Below the pieces are notes generated by a model, which made no database searches, was not told where the DNA came from, and saw only the letters and a list, made by a program, of their open reading frames with translations. This document shows, in pieces, positions 9,469 through 21,645 of a stretch of 64,000 nt of DNA. The number at the start of each line of letters is the position of its first letter. Position 1 is the first letter of the stretch. Made by a program: the position numbers and the translations under genes. The DNA comes from Planctomycetota bacterium (GTDB lineage: Bacteria > Planctomycetota > PLA2 > JAEUHO01), in contig CBDCTJ010000001.1 in the NCBI GenBank assembly GCA_965222115.1, positions 320,001 through 384,000 on the forward strand. Reading direction: 5' to 3'.

Positions 9469-11478
9469 CTAACGGAGGGAGTTGAGCGCGGATTGCGTTA
9501 GGGCACGAATGTAGGGATCACTGGATCTCACATTCTTCTCGAGTACCTGCATTGCTGCCGCCGGACGCTCCTTCAGTGGCTTGAGCACATTGGCCAATGC
9601 GATGGCAGCGTAGCCGCGCCCCTGAAACGACGAGTCGCCCAGAAGTTTCACCAATGGTTCGATGGCGGGTCGTCCAAGCGCCTGCAGCCGGGCGACGATG
9701 CGATTGTTGGTAATGCGGTGGGCATTGCCATCTCGCAGACGCTTTGCAAGAGCGGCGGGATCGTCGCCCTCCCACGGGACGTCAGTGCCGGCGCGCTTGA
9801 TTGCCTTCGCTTCTTCCGCCGTGACGGCGTCTCGCGCGTCGGATAGGCCCTTCCAGGTGAGTCCCGAGGCGCGCAACCCCGAGCTGGACAACCCCCGAAC
9901 GTAATCGCTCTTGTGCTGGAGCCCGCGTACGAGTGCCATCTTCGCAGCGAGTGGGTGACTCTTTGTGGCCCCCATGACTTTACCCAAGGCGTATGTTGCG
10001 TACCCACGGCCGAGGTAATTCTCGTCGTTCAAAACCTTGAGCAGTGCGTGAAGTGCAGGTGCGCCTGTCTTTACGAGTTTCTCGACGAGCACATTGTTGT
10101 TGGACACATGTCGATTGCCGTCGCGCAGTTGTTGAGCGAGTACGACGGCATCATGGGGCGGATCATTGCTGGGCGCGCCGCGATCGGGACTTTCCCTGTC
10201 TCCCGAAGACTGGGGTCCGGACGACGTTGGGCCCGCCGCGCCACCGTTCGGTGCCGAATTCGGCGCATTAATCTTCCATTCCTTCTGGTCATAACGTGGG
10301 CGAAGCTTCCTGTAGATCATGCACGACGTGTTGTGCTCCTGCTCAATGTGATGCGTTCCAATGTTGCCCTCGTACTCCGATCCCCCGAGTTCCGGATTGG
10401 GATAGGGCATCGTTTCGTGAACCGCAGCAATCTTCGCGCGCATGGCGAGGCGACTCTGCCGCCGTTCGTGCCAGATCCACATCCAGTGAAAACGCGCCCA
10501 GTCGCGTTCGCCCGCAAACCACGAGGCCACGCCCAAGGAAAAGTGAATGTCGGTCGCTCGTGGATTCGCGTCGTGACGATGGACAACACTGCGACCCAAC
10601 GCTATTGCTGCCTTGTGCTTCTTCTGATGTACCAACAAATACAAAGATTCCGCATCGAGGTCTGCCGCGAGGATGCTGCGAATCGCCTCATCACCTTCGC
10701 GAACTCGCTTGATTGAATTACCGAGCGCTTCCCATTGCTCAGTTGCGCGCTGCATTCGCATGCGTGCCCGAGCGATCTCCGCGCGTTCATTCACACGTGT
10801 GTCTTTCCCAATCGCATTCAGCGTTGCCATCGCGTCGTCATAAGACGCGAGTCGTTCATACAAGCGCGCCAGCACAAGCCTTTCCGCGACGGACGCACCT
10901 TCCGCCATGCCTCGCTTCTTGACTCGCTCTTCCTCTTGGGTCCACGCCGCGAATTTAACGTGTTTCCTCAGAAGTGAAGCCAGCCACTCGCGTGCTTGGT
11001 TTTTGTCTGCATAGATGGCGGACTCATCCAAGTACGTACCATCGGGCGCAAATGCCGCCAAGTAGGCATAGGGGTTCTTGGTCTTGTCTTTGGTGAACGC
11101 GCTTGCTTCTGCGTTTCCACCCCGTCCGTTGCCACTACGATTGAAGTAGTACGGCACAAATCGGCTGTTGACGAGATGGATGAACGGCAAATCGGCGAAG
11201 GCACCTGCCCTCTGGGGTTCGGCACCCGGTCACCACATGCCGTCGGTTGCGCACTTGGCACCGGCATCGTCGATGCCAAAGGAAACGCCTTTGATGAGCA
11301 AGATTCGGTTCTTTGACTTTGCTTCCTTGAGCGCATCGGAAAACTGATGAGGCAGTTTCCACTGAATAGCCGCGCGATCCCGTGCCCAGCCCGGATGCGC
11401 CTCCTTGGCGTCTACGGGGCTCGAGGACCAGATGAATATCGAAATGCAGGTCGCAGATATCCAACCGAACGAACGCAT
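9469..11478 (-). CDS. Exported selenoprotein candidate: SelN-like thioredoxin fold, TPR region and duplicated HEAT-like domain, Sec at codon 83
   Basis: ORFs 11230..11493 and 9469..11190 are in the same frame, separated by one TGA (11232-11230) and 13 sense codons: GIDDAGAKCATDGMW-U-PGAEPQRAGAFADLPFIHLVNSRFVPYY. GGAGG SD before ATG 11478; signal peptide. Confidence 0.8.
11200..11226 (-). promoter_or_regulatory. Candidate bacterial SECIS hairpin
   Basis: mRNA GGUGCC-GAA-CCC-CAGA-GGG-CA-GGUGCC begins 3 nt after the UGA; the G-containing apical loop lies about 16 nt from the UGA. Confidence 0.5.
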
Positions 11479-11606
11479 GGCTGCCTCCATCATTTTCGCT
11501 TAAGACGACACAACTCTCTACGTCATGCGTAACTTGCCAGTCATGATCGCCAAAATTATGCTGATGTGTCACGGATCAATCACCCCCACGCACCGACAGA
11601 ATCACC

Positions 11607-12398
11607 ATGGCCAACGACGAAGCCCGATCGCCCGAGAATGGACAGTACACAACGGACCGCTTCCTGAGCGCTCGCATGCGAATGCATCGCGAATACAGCA
11701 CCAATCGGTACGGTTGGTTTCGGTGGTTGCTAGACCGCCTTGCACTCACACGAGGTGATCGAATTCTTGATGTCGGGTGTGGAAACGGAACATTTTGGCG
11801 TGTCGTCGCCGATCACGTACCCGCCGACTGCACGCTTCTCATGACCGACAAGTCGCCAGGCATGATCGAACAGGCGGCGGTGGCTCTGAGTGAAACGAAT
11901 TTGGACGTACGCTTCGCCACGATGGACGCGGAGTCGCTCGACTGCGCGTCAGAGAGCCGAACGCTCGTACTGGCCAGTCACATGCTCTACCACGTGGCCA
12001 ATCGTCAACGGGCAATATCCGAGATTCGACGCGTACTGGTCGGCGGAGGAAGACTTGTTGCTGCGACCAACGGCATGCGCCACATGCAACAGCTCGACGC
12101 GATGGCCAAGCGCTTTCTCTCCCAGTTCGACCCAGGCAGCGAGGTGGAGCGCTTTTCTTTGGAGTCGGGACTGGCGCAGCTCGAGGCACACTTCGACGCG
12201 ATCGACCGATTCGATTACAAGGATGGCTTCGTCGTTCCAGACGCGGACACTGTTTTCAACTACATCATGTCCTTGCCCGACGCACAACGAGCACCGAAAG
12301 CGGAAGTGAATGCCCTTCGTGAACATCTCGATCACACGGTGGATGCCGATCACCCGATGGTGATTGACAAGGCATCAGGCGCGTTCGTTTGTATGTAG
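11607..12398 (+). CDS. Class I SAM-dependent methyltransferase
   Basis: ILDVGCGNG motif I; TDKSPGM; HMLYHV. Confidence 0.9.
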   Translation: MANDEARSPENGQYTTDRFLSARMRMHREYSTNRYGWFRWLLDRLALTRGDRILDVGCGNGTFWRVVADHVPADCTLLMTDKSPGMIEQAAVALSETNLDVRFATMDAESLDCASESRTLVLASHMLYHVANRQRAISEIRRVLVGGGRLVAATNGMRHMQQLDAMAKRFLSQFDPGSEVERFSLESGLAQLEAHFDAIDRFDYKDGFVVPDADTVFNYIMSLPDAQRAPKAEVNALREHLDHTVDADHPMVIDKASGAFVCM

Positions 12399-12476
12399 CC
12401 CATGCGCTGCGCCGCGACCCATCGACGCGCACGCGGCGACGAGTCCGAAACCGAGATCTGCTACACTCGTTCCACA

Positions 12477-13058
12477 ATGCCCCTCAACGAACACGATCCC
12501 GTCTCGCGCCTGTTGGAGCGTATGGCCGAAGGTGATGCGGCAGCGGGCCACGAACTCTATCCGCAATTGTTTCGCGAACTGCATGGTATGGCCCACCGCC
12601 TAATGCGCGGCGAGCGCCATGGCCATACGCTCCAGACAACAGCCCTTGTCAACGAAGCGTGGTTGCGGTTCAAACCCGAGGCATCCACGCCGGAGACGCG
12701 TGCTCACTTCATGTTTCTGGCGGCACGCGCCATGCGCCAAGTGCTCGTGGATCACGCGCGAAAGCGAAACGCCAAGAAACGCGATGGCGGAGAACGTCAT
12801 GCACTCTTTGACGATGTGCTTGCGCGGTGGGAAGGCGACCCCACCGAGCTGCTCACGCTGGACGCCGCGCTCGACAGACTGGGTGAACGAGACGAAGCGC
12901 TGCGTCGCTTGGTGGAGCTTCGCTACTACGCCGGTTGCACGCTAGAAGAAGCCGGCAACTTGATGGGCATGACGGTGCGGCAAGTGCACCGTCGCTGGAC
13001 ATTCGCACGTGGGTGGTTGCGTCGTGAACTCGACAAAGGGCTGCCGGATGAGCAGTGA
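12477..13058 (+). CDS. ECF sigma factor, kinase-associated type (TIGR02999/PF07638-like)
   Basis: HTLQTTALVNEAWLR, AARAMRQVLVDHAR, VELRYYAG; overlaps the downstream kinase gene. Confidence 0.92.
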   Translation: MPLNEHDPVSRLLERMAEGDAAAGHELYPQLFRELHGMAHRLMRGERHGHTLQTTALVNEAWLRFKPEASTPETRAHFMFLAARAMRQVLVDHARKRNAKKRDGGERHALFDDVLARWEGDPTELLTLDAALDRLGERDEALRRLVELRYYAGCTLEEAGNLMGMTVRQVHRRWTFARGWLRRELDKGLPDEQ

Positions 13059-15431
13059 CTGGAAACGACTCGAGTCCATCGTCGCTCGGGCGTCGGAACT
13101 TGATCCCGATTGTCGCACAGAGTTCGTTGAGGAAGAGACGCAAGGCGACGACGCGCTGCGCGACGAAGCACTCGCGATTCTCGAAGCCGGTCTCGCCAAC
13201 GATGCGTTCCTAGACCCAATCATTGAGCGTGCCGAGTTGGAGCCCGGTACCCAGGTTGGACCGTTCACAATACAACGACCGATTGCGAGCGGCGGCATGG
13301 GCGTGGTGTATGAGGCCACGCAGACTTCGCCTTCACGAGTCGTCGCGCTCAAGACCATGCGCGCCGACCTCATCTCATCGATGGCACGCGCACGATTTCA
13401 GCATGAGATTGAAGTGCTTGGCACACTCACCCATCCCGGCATCGCGGAAATTTACCAGGCGGGTGTGCACGCATCCGTTCCATGGTTTGCGATGGAGTAC
13501 ATCCCCGACGCACAGCCCTTGGTTCGTTTCTGCCGCGAGCAAAAGAAGTCCCGTGCAGAACGCGTAGCATTTGTTGCCGATGTGGCCGACGCCATTCACC
13601 ACGGTCATGTACGGGGTGTGATGCATCGCGATTTGAAACCCGACAACCTACTTGTCGGCCGCGATGGCCGTGTGCGCGTAATCGACTTTGGCGTTGCGGG
13701 TGTCACCGATCCCGATCAGCGTCTGAACACATTGCAAACCAGCACGGGGAGCATTGTGGGCACGCTGGCCTACATGAGCCCAGAACAGGCCCGCGGCGAG
13801 TCGGGCGACGCGCGTAGTGATCTCTACAGCCTCGGCGTTGTGCTCTACGAGTTGTTGACGGGAGCGCACCCCATCGCGCTGAGTGCCAAAGACTTCTTAT
13901 CGTCTGCAAGACGTATTGTTGAGGAGCCGCCAACACGACCGTCCACGCACGACAAGACCTTGCGCGGTGATCTCGACGCCATACTCATGCACGCACTTCA
14001 AAAGGACCCCGATCTCCGCTATCCGTCAGCGAACGCGTTTGCGAACGACCTCCGTGCCTATTTGGATCGCCGCCCCATTTCCGCATCGGTTCCTTCTGTC
14101 GTGGCGCGCGCCCGCTCGTTTGTTCGTCGCAATCGTATTCTCGTGGGCTCACTCGCGTCCGTGACCGCGGCCCTCCTAATTGCGACATGCGTGAGTATCG
14201 CGTTTGGTGTTCGTTCGAAACGCGCCGAGTCCAAAGCCGTATCGAGTGAGCATGCAGCGCGCGCAGAGCGAGACCGCGCCGAGGAGCTGTTGTCCCAGTC
14301 CCTCAAGCAAAATCTCGATGCCACATTCGGTGCCGTTCCTAAGATCCATAAACTTCCAGGTGGCGCCGAAACCGCGGAGCGCGTCATAAAGACCACGATT
14401 GACAATCTAGAAGCGCTGAACAAGACGTCGAACGGCGACGAGCGGGTGCAATTGGCACTTGCAGAGGCCCATGCCAAGTTGGGTGACATTCAAGGCAATC
14501 AGTACTACGCGCATCTTAGCGATGCCAGAGGCGCGGCCGCGACCTATGAGCGCTCGCTTTTCCCTGCTACGTACACTGAAGAACAAGGCTGACTCCGATT
14601 CAGAGACGATCCGTCACGCGCGATTGCTTGAGATCAGCGTGCTTCGAAAATCTACGGAACTACGCCCCGGCCCCCTTTCCGATACGGCGCGTAACCGACT
14701 AGCCACTGCGTTGACGCTCGCTTCGGCGCTGACCAAAGAACCCGAGACGGCACCTCAAGCCGAAGGGCAGCTCGCGCTCATCCAGCTTCGCTTATCGCAT
14801 GATCGACTGATGCACGACAAGTACAACGAAGCGGCTGCGCTGGCGAAGAGTGCCATCGCCATCTACGAGAAACGTCTCGCGTCGTCCAAGGATCGGACGT
14901 GGAGTGTTGAGCTGCTTGCCGGTGCACTGGGTCGACTGGGACGCGTGCAGACCCATCAAGGCGAACTCGACGACGCCACGTCGCAACATACGACCGCGCG
15001 CTATGTCTTTGATTGAATCGCTGTCGCCCGATCAACAGCAACGCCTCGACAAACGCCGTCTCAATCTCTGGATGAAACGCGGATGGCTCGCACGAAAACA
15101 AGGCGATTTCGACGACGCGCAAGATTTCATCGGCCGCGCCAAAGCGCTCGCCATCAAGCGCTGTAAGGCCGATCCCAAGAATCCCGGCCACCGAATCGGC
15201 CTCTGCACAGCGCTCAGCGAGTGGATTATCACGGCCGAACTCGAATACGGCCCTACCGACGGAGGTATGCCGCCGAACCAAGCGCGAGAGCGCGCTCGTG
15301 AGGCAGCCGACATTGTTGAATCACTAGCACCCAAGGGCTCGCGCATGATCGCCATGTTCGTAAAGCCCTTTCGCGCGTACGCGGATGGCAAGCGCAAAGC
15401 AGGCACATTGACGGGGGCCTTTGGGGGATAG
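13048..15431 (+). CDS. Hanks-type Ser/Thr kinase with TM and TPR-like C-terminus, interrupted by two apparent frameshifts
   Basis: GGMGVVY, VALK, HRDLKPDN, DFG, GTLAYMSPEQ, then a TM helix. Reading continues in ORFs 14459..15016 and 14850..15431 after shifts at T4 (14558-14561) and a CG run (about 14995-15001). Confidence 0.85.
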
Positions 15432-15476
15432 CATAAAGGGCAATGCTTCTGCCGATTCGTTCAGGACCTAGGAAAC

Positions 15477-18400
15477 CTATCGCGGCAAGCCCAGCGTAAT
15501 GCTTGTTCCACGCTCATCCAAGATGCCTGTACGTTCTGTAGTTTCTCCTGATACATGAACGCGAACGGGCCAGGTTCCGACCGGGATTCCGTGGAACGTA
15601 ACCGTGAGACTCGTACTTACACGCTCCACGGTCAGTGAGCCAAGCTGGATGGATGCGCGCAAGGTCTTAGAGCCGAAGTCCGGTGCGTGAATCGCAACCG
15701 TACGCGCTGACGCCATGTCGACGGCCTGCACGCCATCAAAGGGCCGGGCGGACTTCAGAAACACGCAAGACGAGGGTGGTGTGTCCTCGTCAGTGGCTTC
15801 AGGAACGACCCATAGCGAGTATTCCTCGTTGGCATCAAGCCCGTAGACTTCGATCAATGAGGTGTCAGGGGAAACATGAACGTGCCTCGACTTGGTGCCG
15901 GATTGGGTTCGCCACGCTATGCGGCCATGCCCGGCAATACCCTTGGGCCAACCACGAGGTTGCAAGCGAAGCGAGGGCCCGGGGTCGAGGACGAGCGAAA
16001 CTTGTTCGTCGCCTGCCGTTACCCATTGACCGCCGGTGTCCCCCATCGGTGGAGCACTCTCGTGACCGGAACGTGCTTGCAATCGATGCTTGCCCTCGGC
16101 CAACGCGACGCTCCAGGTATGTCGCGGAAACTCCTGCACGAGGTGCCAACGACCGAGATCGTCGGCGCGCCAAACGCGCGCGCGATGCAATGGACGGTCT
16201 TTCGAATCGACAATGACGCCCGTCGTCGCTTGCGCAGCCGGAAGTACAAGACGTCTCGGCTCGCGATTCCATCCTTGAACGATCGCCATATCAAGTGCAC
16301 CGCCCGGGTAGCTGGCATAGAGATCTAGGGGCGGTACGTTGTATGGAATCTCTAAGGTTGCCTTGCCATCTCCCCCCGATGTCGCGTTCGCCACATGCTC
16401 CTTGGACGTTCCCGACGGAACAACATAGACGTAGGCACCTCGTAGTGGATTGCCCTCACCATCGACCGTGGTGATGTCAACGGTCTGCGTTCCCCGGCCA
16501 ATTCTGAGATCGATCTTGCTCTCCGCGGACAAAAGTTGAACGAATTCGCGACTTCGCTCGCCACCTCGTTTGATTACCGAAACTTCGTAGTCCACACCGG
16601 ATAGAACATCCATCGTGAAACTGCCATCCGTATCAGTCAGCGCTGTCACGGTCGGCATGCGGCCATACGATATGACGCCTTCGATGACGACACGTGCACT
16701 CACATACCGGAGAGCGAGGGGCGATCCGGATGCATTCGTTGCGCGGCCCGTAACGCGCTTCAGCGGTCTTAGAACGACATCGAGCGATTCATCCGGCCAG
16801 TGGCCTTGCTTCGATGTGGTAATGGGACCAACAAGTGCGCCCGCATTTGAAGTCGGCGAAACGAAGTAGATCCAACAAGCATCTGACACGTGAGCGAGTG
16901 GCCACAATCCTGTTGTCCCCAGTGATTGAGTTAGCTTCTGGCCCCACGCACGTTGAACGTGTCTCCCCCGCCGCACGAGAACTTGTGGACCTGCAACGAC
17001 GCGTTTTCCAGATTCAAGCATGGTTCGAATCCGCATTGCGCCGGAAGGAACAGAATCGCTCAGTGCGAACTCCACGTCCTGCTCCCCTGCCCGCACTTCT
17101 TGCTGCGCACACCACCATGCCAACTCAGAAGAGGCCGACACGCGTACAAGGACGGGCTTATCCGGCGAAACACCCGTGATGGTGAGGTGCCCCTCCGCGT
17201 CAATCTTCGTGCGCGCTTCATAGGAACTCAAGGACCGTGAGTCGCCTACCTCTATGAGCGGCTGCCCAAGCTCGACGCCCGCAGGAAACAAGATTCGTCC
17301 TCGAATTGCAGGCGCAGGGGCAAGTCGAAGTGGCAACTCGATGTCGCCACGGCCAGCGCTGCCTTCGAGGGCCACCAAGCTCGTTCTCGACATGTACCTA
17401 TCCGAGCGAAACACAAGTGCGGCAAACTCACCGGGAGGCACATTCGTAAACTCAGCTACGCCTTTGGCACTTGTAGTCGTCGTCGCGCCTCGAAGTTCCC
17501 AGCCGCTACCGTTTCTCGACCTCAAGTTCACTTCTACGTTCTCAGCGGCTTCACCCGTTTCACGATTCGTCACGAGCAACCGCACCGATCGCCCTACCAT
17601 GAGACGCAGTTCGATGTCGTCGATCCCACGCTGACCGACCTCCACGGGCTCGACGCGCGCCTCGATCATGCCGGGATACGTTGCGCAGGAGTCGGACAGG
17701 GCGATGTGGTGGAACGGCTGAAAATCGAAACCGACCTTCGCCGTCCGAGGCCGTGATTAGCGTTGTAGTGCCTTACCGCCGGGTGCACCGTTGGGTCATG
17801 AACAGCTTGCAGCATAACGCGCGCGCCTACCCTCGGCTCGCCCATTGAGTCAACCACACGCCCCGCGACGGTCGCAGTACGTTCGATCGTAAGATCAAGG
17901 TTGCGAACCTCGCCGGCTACGATTCGAATGGCATGGGACACTTCGTGTCCCTTTCGCCACGTTGACACGGATCGCGACACAAGGCTGCTGCTTTGGGCCC
18001 AAACCCAAGCACGCCCCGGTGGCACTTTGGTGCGATATGCGCCATCGTCATCGGTGATCGCGTGCGTCCGAAAAATCTGAGCTGCTTCACTCCCCTCCAC
18101 ATATATATTCACTCGAACATCTGCACCTACATGAGCGCCCGATGCGTGGCGAACCACACCCTGAACCTCACCCACCTGAGGCGACAACACATCGTACGTG
18201 GCCAGTTTCGCCAGAGCCCGCGGGTGTATCCAGCCATGGGGTTGCATGGCGTAGACGCCCCCTTCACCGTCGACGGGAAAGCGTACACGATATGCGCCGT
18301 TCGCATCCGACTGAACCCGATGGTGAGTCAATAGCCCGTCGACTCTTCCATAGGCATTGAGTACGACGTTGGGCTGCGGACGGCTATGCTCATCAAGGAC

Positions 18401-19687
18401 CCGACCACTGCGTTCCTCAAGATCTTCATCCAATAGAACGTGCATCTCGCTCTCGTTCGGCGCCAGTGTCAATGGGCGGACGATGCGAAGCGTGCCACCA
18501 AACAGACGGGTTTCGCACAGCAACAGGAAGGGGCCTTGAGGGCGCCACATCACGTTGGCCATTCCATGAGCGTTGAGTTCCACGAGCACCGTAGCGCCTC
18601 CGCGCTTTCGCAGCACGACGTCCCCGCGAATGGGCTCGCCGTTCTTCCAAGATACATGGAGCTTCCACCTGTCTTTGTTGGAGGGCAGTACAAGATCCTG
18701 CTGGTAATGGACACCGTCTTCAACAAGGATTCGCGGCGACAGCACGCGATGATCGCCCCATGGTGTCGTGAGCATGTGACTACCCTTGGGAACATCAACG
18801 AAGTTAAACGCATGACCTGCGCGCATACCCATCGTTGCAAAGACCTCGCGCCGCGGCAGATCCAAACTCAGTGCACGCGTGGATGGATAGAGCGAAACAG
18901 TTCGTTGGCTCGTCGTCTCACCTATGCAGTTCCCAAACACGCGTGCCGTGTGGCTTTCGGTTGGCGTCGCCATTGACTGGGCGCCTTGACCAGATAACGT
19001 TGGACGTTCGTGCGTTGCCGCGGTCTCGGTCGAATGTGTGCTACCGGCGTCTTGACGACATTGCGAAGTCCCGAGAAGAGCGCCTGCCACAATGCCAACG
19101 ATGGCAATCAAACCAACAATCGCGCTGGTCAGCGAAAGCGCAGTAGGGCTGCCCGTAGCGCCGGGGAAGGCGACAATCGCAAGTTCACGCTTGGTGCGCT
19201 GGTCGTTTAGCTTGAGCCGAAGCTTGGCAAGGCCTCGTTTGACGCGCGTGCGTACGGTCTCAACCGAAACGTCCAACAGGGCGGCAATTTCTGACGGCTT
19301 TCGTTCCTCCAAGTAGCGCATGCGGATGGCTTCTTGCTGCACCAATGGCAGAGTTCGCATGGCTCGCGCGAGGTCTTGAAGAACATCGCGAGGAACCGAG
19401 TGCTCGCTTGTCCCTTGCGCCGCCGCTGCCACCCTCACTCGTTCCTCGCGCCGTGTGCGTCGTTTCTCGCCTCGATGTCGCTGGCGAACTACGTTTCGCA
19501 CCACTCGACTCAGCCAAGGCTTCGTGCGGCGCACATGGCTGCCTCCCCCACGCACGGCTGCAATCCACGTGTCCTGAACGACGTCATCGACGTCGGCATC
19601 CCCTCGTACTAGGGCGCGCGCGAGCACGCGCACGTAGTGCATGTGCCCAAGGAGTTGGCGTTCAAAGCTGGAAACGTCGTCTGTCAT
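15477..19687 (-). CDS. ECF sigma-TM-carboxypeptidase-regulatory-like repeat fusion, with two apparent frameshifts
   Basis: DDVVQDTW, WLSRVVRN, EIAALLDVSVETVRTRVKRGL, TM helix, repeated GRVVDxxGxPxxGAxV...TDxxGxY units. A third frame at 17760-17690 bridges the two ORFs with LITASDGEGRFRFSAVPP. Confidence 0.8.
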
Positions 19688-19750
19688 ACACCTACATGAT
19701 GCCGCCGCGCAGACGAATCGGTTCACGGAAGGCTCACTCGAACGCCCGCT

Positions 19751-20473
19751 TTATACAACGGGTCGGTAGCACCCATCTTTCAATATGGGAACAACCGATG
19801 AAGCATCATATGCTGCGATCACGTCGATGTCGGCCGCATAGCCAATCGACGTGAGTTCGCGCCCGCCAACGCATTTTTGGAGGCGCCGTCGAAGATCGTG
19901 TTCGGCCTCGTGGAATGCAGCGACCGCGCCCTGCGCTTCGGGAGACGTGCTTCCCTGTAAATGCGTTAGTATCGCGCCCGCACCAACCAAGTCTTCGTAG
20001 GCCGGTCGCAGCGACTCATCCTCGTTCCATCGTTCGCCCGCGGCTACAACGCCCACTGTTTGACCGCATTTCATGGCGAACCGTGCGCAGGCAGTCGCGT
20101 TTCTCAGACACCCCGCAACGGTGATTGCGTTGCCCGTTGCGAACGAGAGGGTTGAGCCGTTGGGCGAGGGGAGCACAATCGATTCGCCGGCGTTTAGCGC
20201 CTGGAGTGACACGGGCGAAAGCGACAATCCGCCATCGTGCCGCGAGCCCGCGAGCGAGGCGCCATGGTTTGAGGCGAATGTGGCGGCCGTGTCATCTCGC
20301 CACACGTAGGGAAACACGGTGGCGCCCTGTTCCAGGGCAACGACCACAGCCGTTGAAAAGCTCATGACGTCCACGATGACGACGACGTCGCAATGCTGGC
20401 CAAGCAGAGCGGCACCATGCCGTCCCCACATGAACCGCACACGAAACGCTTCCTGGTGATAGAAACCTGCCAT
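19751..20473 (-). CDS. 2-phosphosulfolactate phosphatase (ComB-like) family protein
   Basis: VVIVDVMSFST, SLSP, SPNGS, GCLRNA, AAGERW, EDLVGAG. Confidence 0.88.
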   Translation of the reverse strand: MAGFYHQEAFRVRFMWGRHGAALLGQHCDVVVIVDVMSFSTAVVVALEQGATVFPYVWRDDTAATFASNHGASLAGSRHDGGLSLSPVSLQALNAGESIVLPSPNGSTLSFATGNAITVAGCLRNATACARFAMKCGQTVGVVAAGERWNEDESLRPAYEDLVGAGAILTHLQGSTSPEAQGAVAAFHEAEHDLRRRLQKCVGGRELTSIGYAADIDVIAAYDASSVVPILKDGCYRPVV

Positions 20474-20510
20474 CTAGTGAACCAGGAACTGCTCGCCCGA
20501 TCGCGTGCGA

Positions 20511-21524
20511 TCACTTTCTGCGTTTTTTCGGGACATCGATACGCGGCCGGTCGAAATTGTCCGGAATAAGATTGATCCCGTCGTCTAGCAGTTCATGCTC
20601 CTGAAGTTCAATGACTTCGGCACGCACGAGTGAAACGAGTTCGATCGACTTGCCTTCTTTGTTGGTGGTCTTTTTTCCACTGCCGATGAGCAACCACCCG
20701 GCATCAGGCATGGCGGCATCATCGACCGTGAACTTCGTAACGTGTACTTCCGGAACTTGGATCGTCACTTCTTGATGCGGCTCGGGTAGCGCGGCGTTTT
20801 TGTCCTTGAGATTGATCTTCTTTTGGGGAATAGGGCGTGCGACGGATGCGTGGGTCGATGAAATGCTTACGATGATTTTCTTCTTGTCTGCAGTGATCGT
20901 GGGGCGCATATCGAGCGTGATCCCCTCTTGGATGATGCCGATCACGGGATCGGCGATCACTGACACGTCGGCCACCTCGACTTCGTAGTCCTTCACGTAG
21001 GAGATTTGGTTCAACATGCTCACGTTGCACTTCTGATTGTCATAGACAGTGATTCGCGGCGCCGCCACGACCGACGCCTTGGGCGAGGCCTCCACACGCT
21101 TCATGATGGATTCAGCTTCGGCGACCGTGAGTGCCAACGAGCGCGCATCTTGCGCCGGTCGGCGATGGCCAAGCACTGCATCAGCGACCCTGGCATCAAC
21201 TTCAATGACGTGTGTCTCGATATTGACGAGATGGCTTGCTTGGGGGAGGGGCTCACTGGGATCCGTCGCATCGTGCCCACCTTGCGTTGCGGGCAAGGGG
21301 ACCCGTCGCGCACTGCGACGAATGCGAAGTGCGCGAAACACGGCAATCAACTCCGCGCGGTCTGCCGACTCCAGCCACGCAGCCACCAAAGCGTGTTCCG
21401 CCTCGTTGCCATCAAGGATCATTGCTGCGAGTTCATCGGCAGATGGCTCCCCTTCGGCAACGGCGGACCCTGACCCCGCGATGAGAAAACCGATGAATGC
21501 CGCTGCAAATAAAACGTGTCGCAT
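20511..21524 (-). CDS. Short secretin-domain protein without N-domains
   Basis: GGAGG SD and signal peptide at 21524; LVNIETHVIEV, AAPRITVYDNQ, EGITLDMRPTIT, IQVPEV, PDAGWLLIG match the secretin core. Confidence 0.75.
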   Translation of the reverse strand: MRHVLFAAAFIGFLIAGSGSAVAEGEPSADELAAMILDGNEAEHALVAAWLESADRAELIAVFRALRIRRSARRVPLPATQGGHDATDPSEPLPQASHLVNIETHVIEVDARVADAVLGHRRPAQDARSLALTVAEAESIMKRVEASPKASVVAAPRITVYDNQKCNVSMLNQISYVKDYEVEVADVSVIADPVIGIIQEGITLDMRPTITADKKKIIVSISSTHASVARPIPQKKINLKDKNAALPEPHQEVTIQVPEVHVTKFTVDDAAMPDAGWLLIGSGKKTTNKEGKSIELVSLVRAEVIELQEHELLDDGINLIPDNFDRPRIDVPKKRRK

Positions 21525-21645
21525 CTCGACCTCCGTGGCACCACCGTAGATGGGTGCGCGTAACGGGTGAGTCATCGAGGCGCGGGATCCAAAGAAATCG
21601 TTATGAAGGTATGACGTTCGACCCGCTCGTAAGGTGATGGACGTC

